Of a stretch of 64,000 nucleotides of DNA, positions 63,668 to 64,000 are shown piece by piece; positions within the stretch are counted from its first letter, which is position 1, and every line of letters begins with the position of its first letter. Origin of the DNA: a virus (taxonomy: Duplodnaviria; Caudoviricetes); IMG/VR virus record IMGVR_UViG_2602041884_000001, positions 1-64,000 of that record. The stretch is one strand, 5' to 3'. The translations under genes were made by a program, and so were the position numbers. The notes beneath the pieces were generated by a model that did no database searches, was not told the origin of the DNA, and worked only from the letters and a program-made list of their open reading frames with translations.

Positions 63668-63698
63668 GTGATTCTTCCCCTTTCGGTGGGTGTCAACT

Positions 63699-63846
63699 TC
63701 AATAGATCAGGTGGCCGGTGGGAAATGCCAACGGTTACCAGCGAAAGCATTTCGATCAGTGCCCACCGGCCACCTGGTCTATTGAGTTTGGAAGGAAGCT
63801 GCCGGGTAGGTGCGTGATGATTGGAGTAACTCCACACCTACCCGGC
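63699..63846. repeat. Two adjacent inverted repeats (24 bp with one mismatch; 12 bp perfect)
   Basis: 63699-63722 / 63762-63785 and 63801-63812 / 63835-63846, each with a nested inner hairpin. Confidence 0.75.
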
Positions 63847-64000
63847 GCTCACTTGCGGACCTTCCGTATCGTGTGACCACCGGCGGACCTCGGGCATGGG
63901 GTACCCATAACGCCGATGCGATACTTTCAATCCACAGGCCGAACAGCAATTCGGCCTCGGTTGGCAGATCAACCGACGTACACCTCCCCCAACCCCGAGA

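Noticed and set aside
1-64000. Visually frequent TCGA/CTCGAG sites as a possible methylation or modification signature
   Set aside because: Could not be quantified by eye and is plausibly explained by codon pairs such as CTC-GAG and ATC-GAC; needs a Markov-model k-mer test
63847-64000. Possible partial ORF at the window edge
   Set aside because: Several frames are open with no convincing product; truncated context

Overview
The window is about 64 kb of a long-tailed (siphovirus) actinobacteriophage genome, most likely infecting a mycolic-acid host such as Gordonia or Rhodococcus. From memory the architecture resembles GTE7/ReqiDocB7-like phages, but I could not confirm this without a search. 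The + strand (1-35.9 kb) carries the virion and lysis arm: terminase, Mu gp29-like portal, protease/scaffold, lambda D/E-like capsid genes, head-tail genes, major tail, a tRNA-Asn, a frameshifted tail chaperone, a ~3050-aa tape measure with two wall-hydrolase domains, minor tails, holin, split lysin A and membrane proteins. The - strand (35.9-64 kb) carries the early/middle arm: Cas4/RecB-like nuclease, WhiB, DNA methyltransferase, a displaced lysin B, MazG, RusA, beta clamp, oligoribonuclease, SNF2 helicase, SSB-like protein, a MoxR AAA+/VWA pair and many small Cys-rich proteins. No integrase, repressor, polymerase or primase was recognised. The most notable observations are: (1) an intact WhiB domain, missed by the ORF track, with no canonical start codon in its frame; (2) five rightward promoter candidates sharing a TGC-TNG -35 signature, two of them embedded in long perfect inverted repeats; (3) a non-canonical tRNA-like element and large hairpins near the right end; (4) internal in-frame starts in the protease and lysin genes. 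All product calls come from motif recognition and synteny, not database searches.
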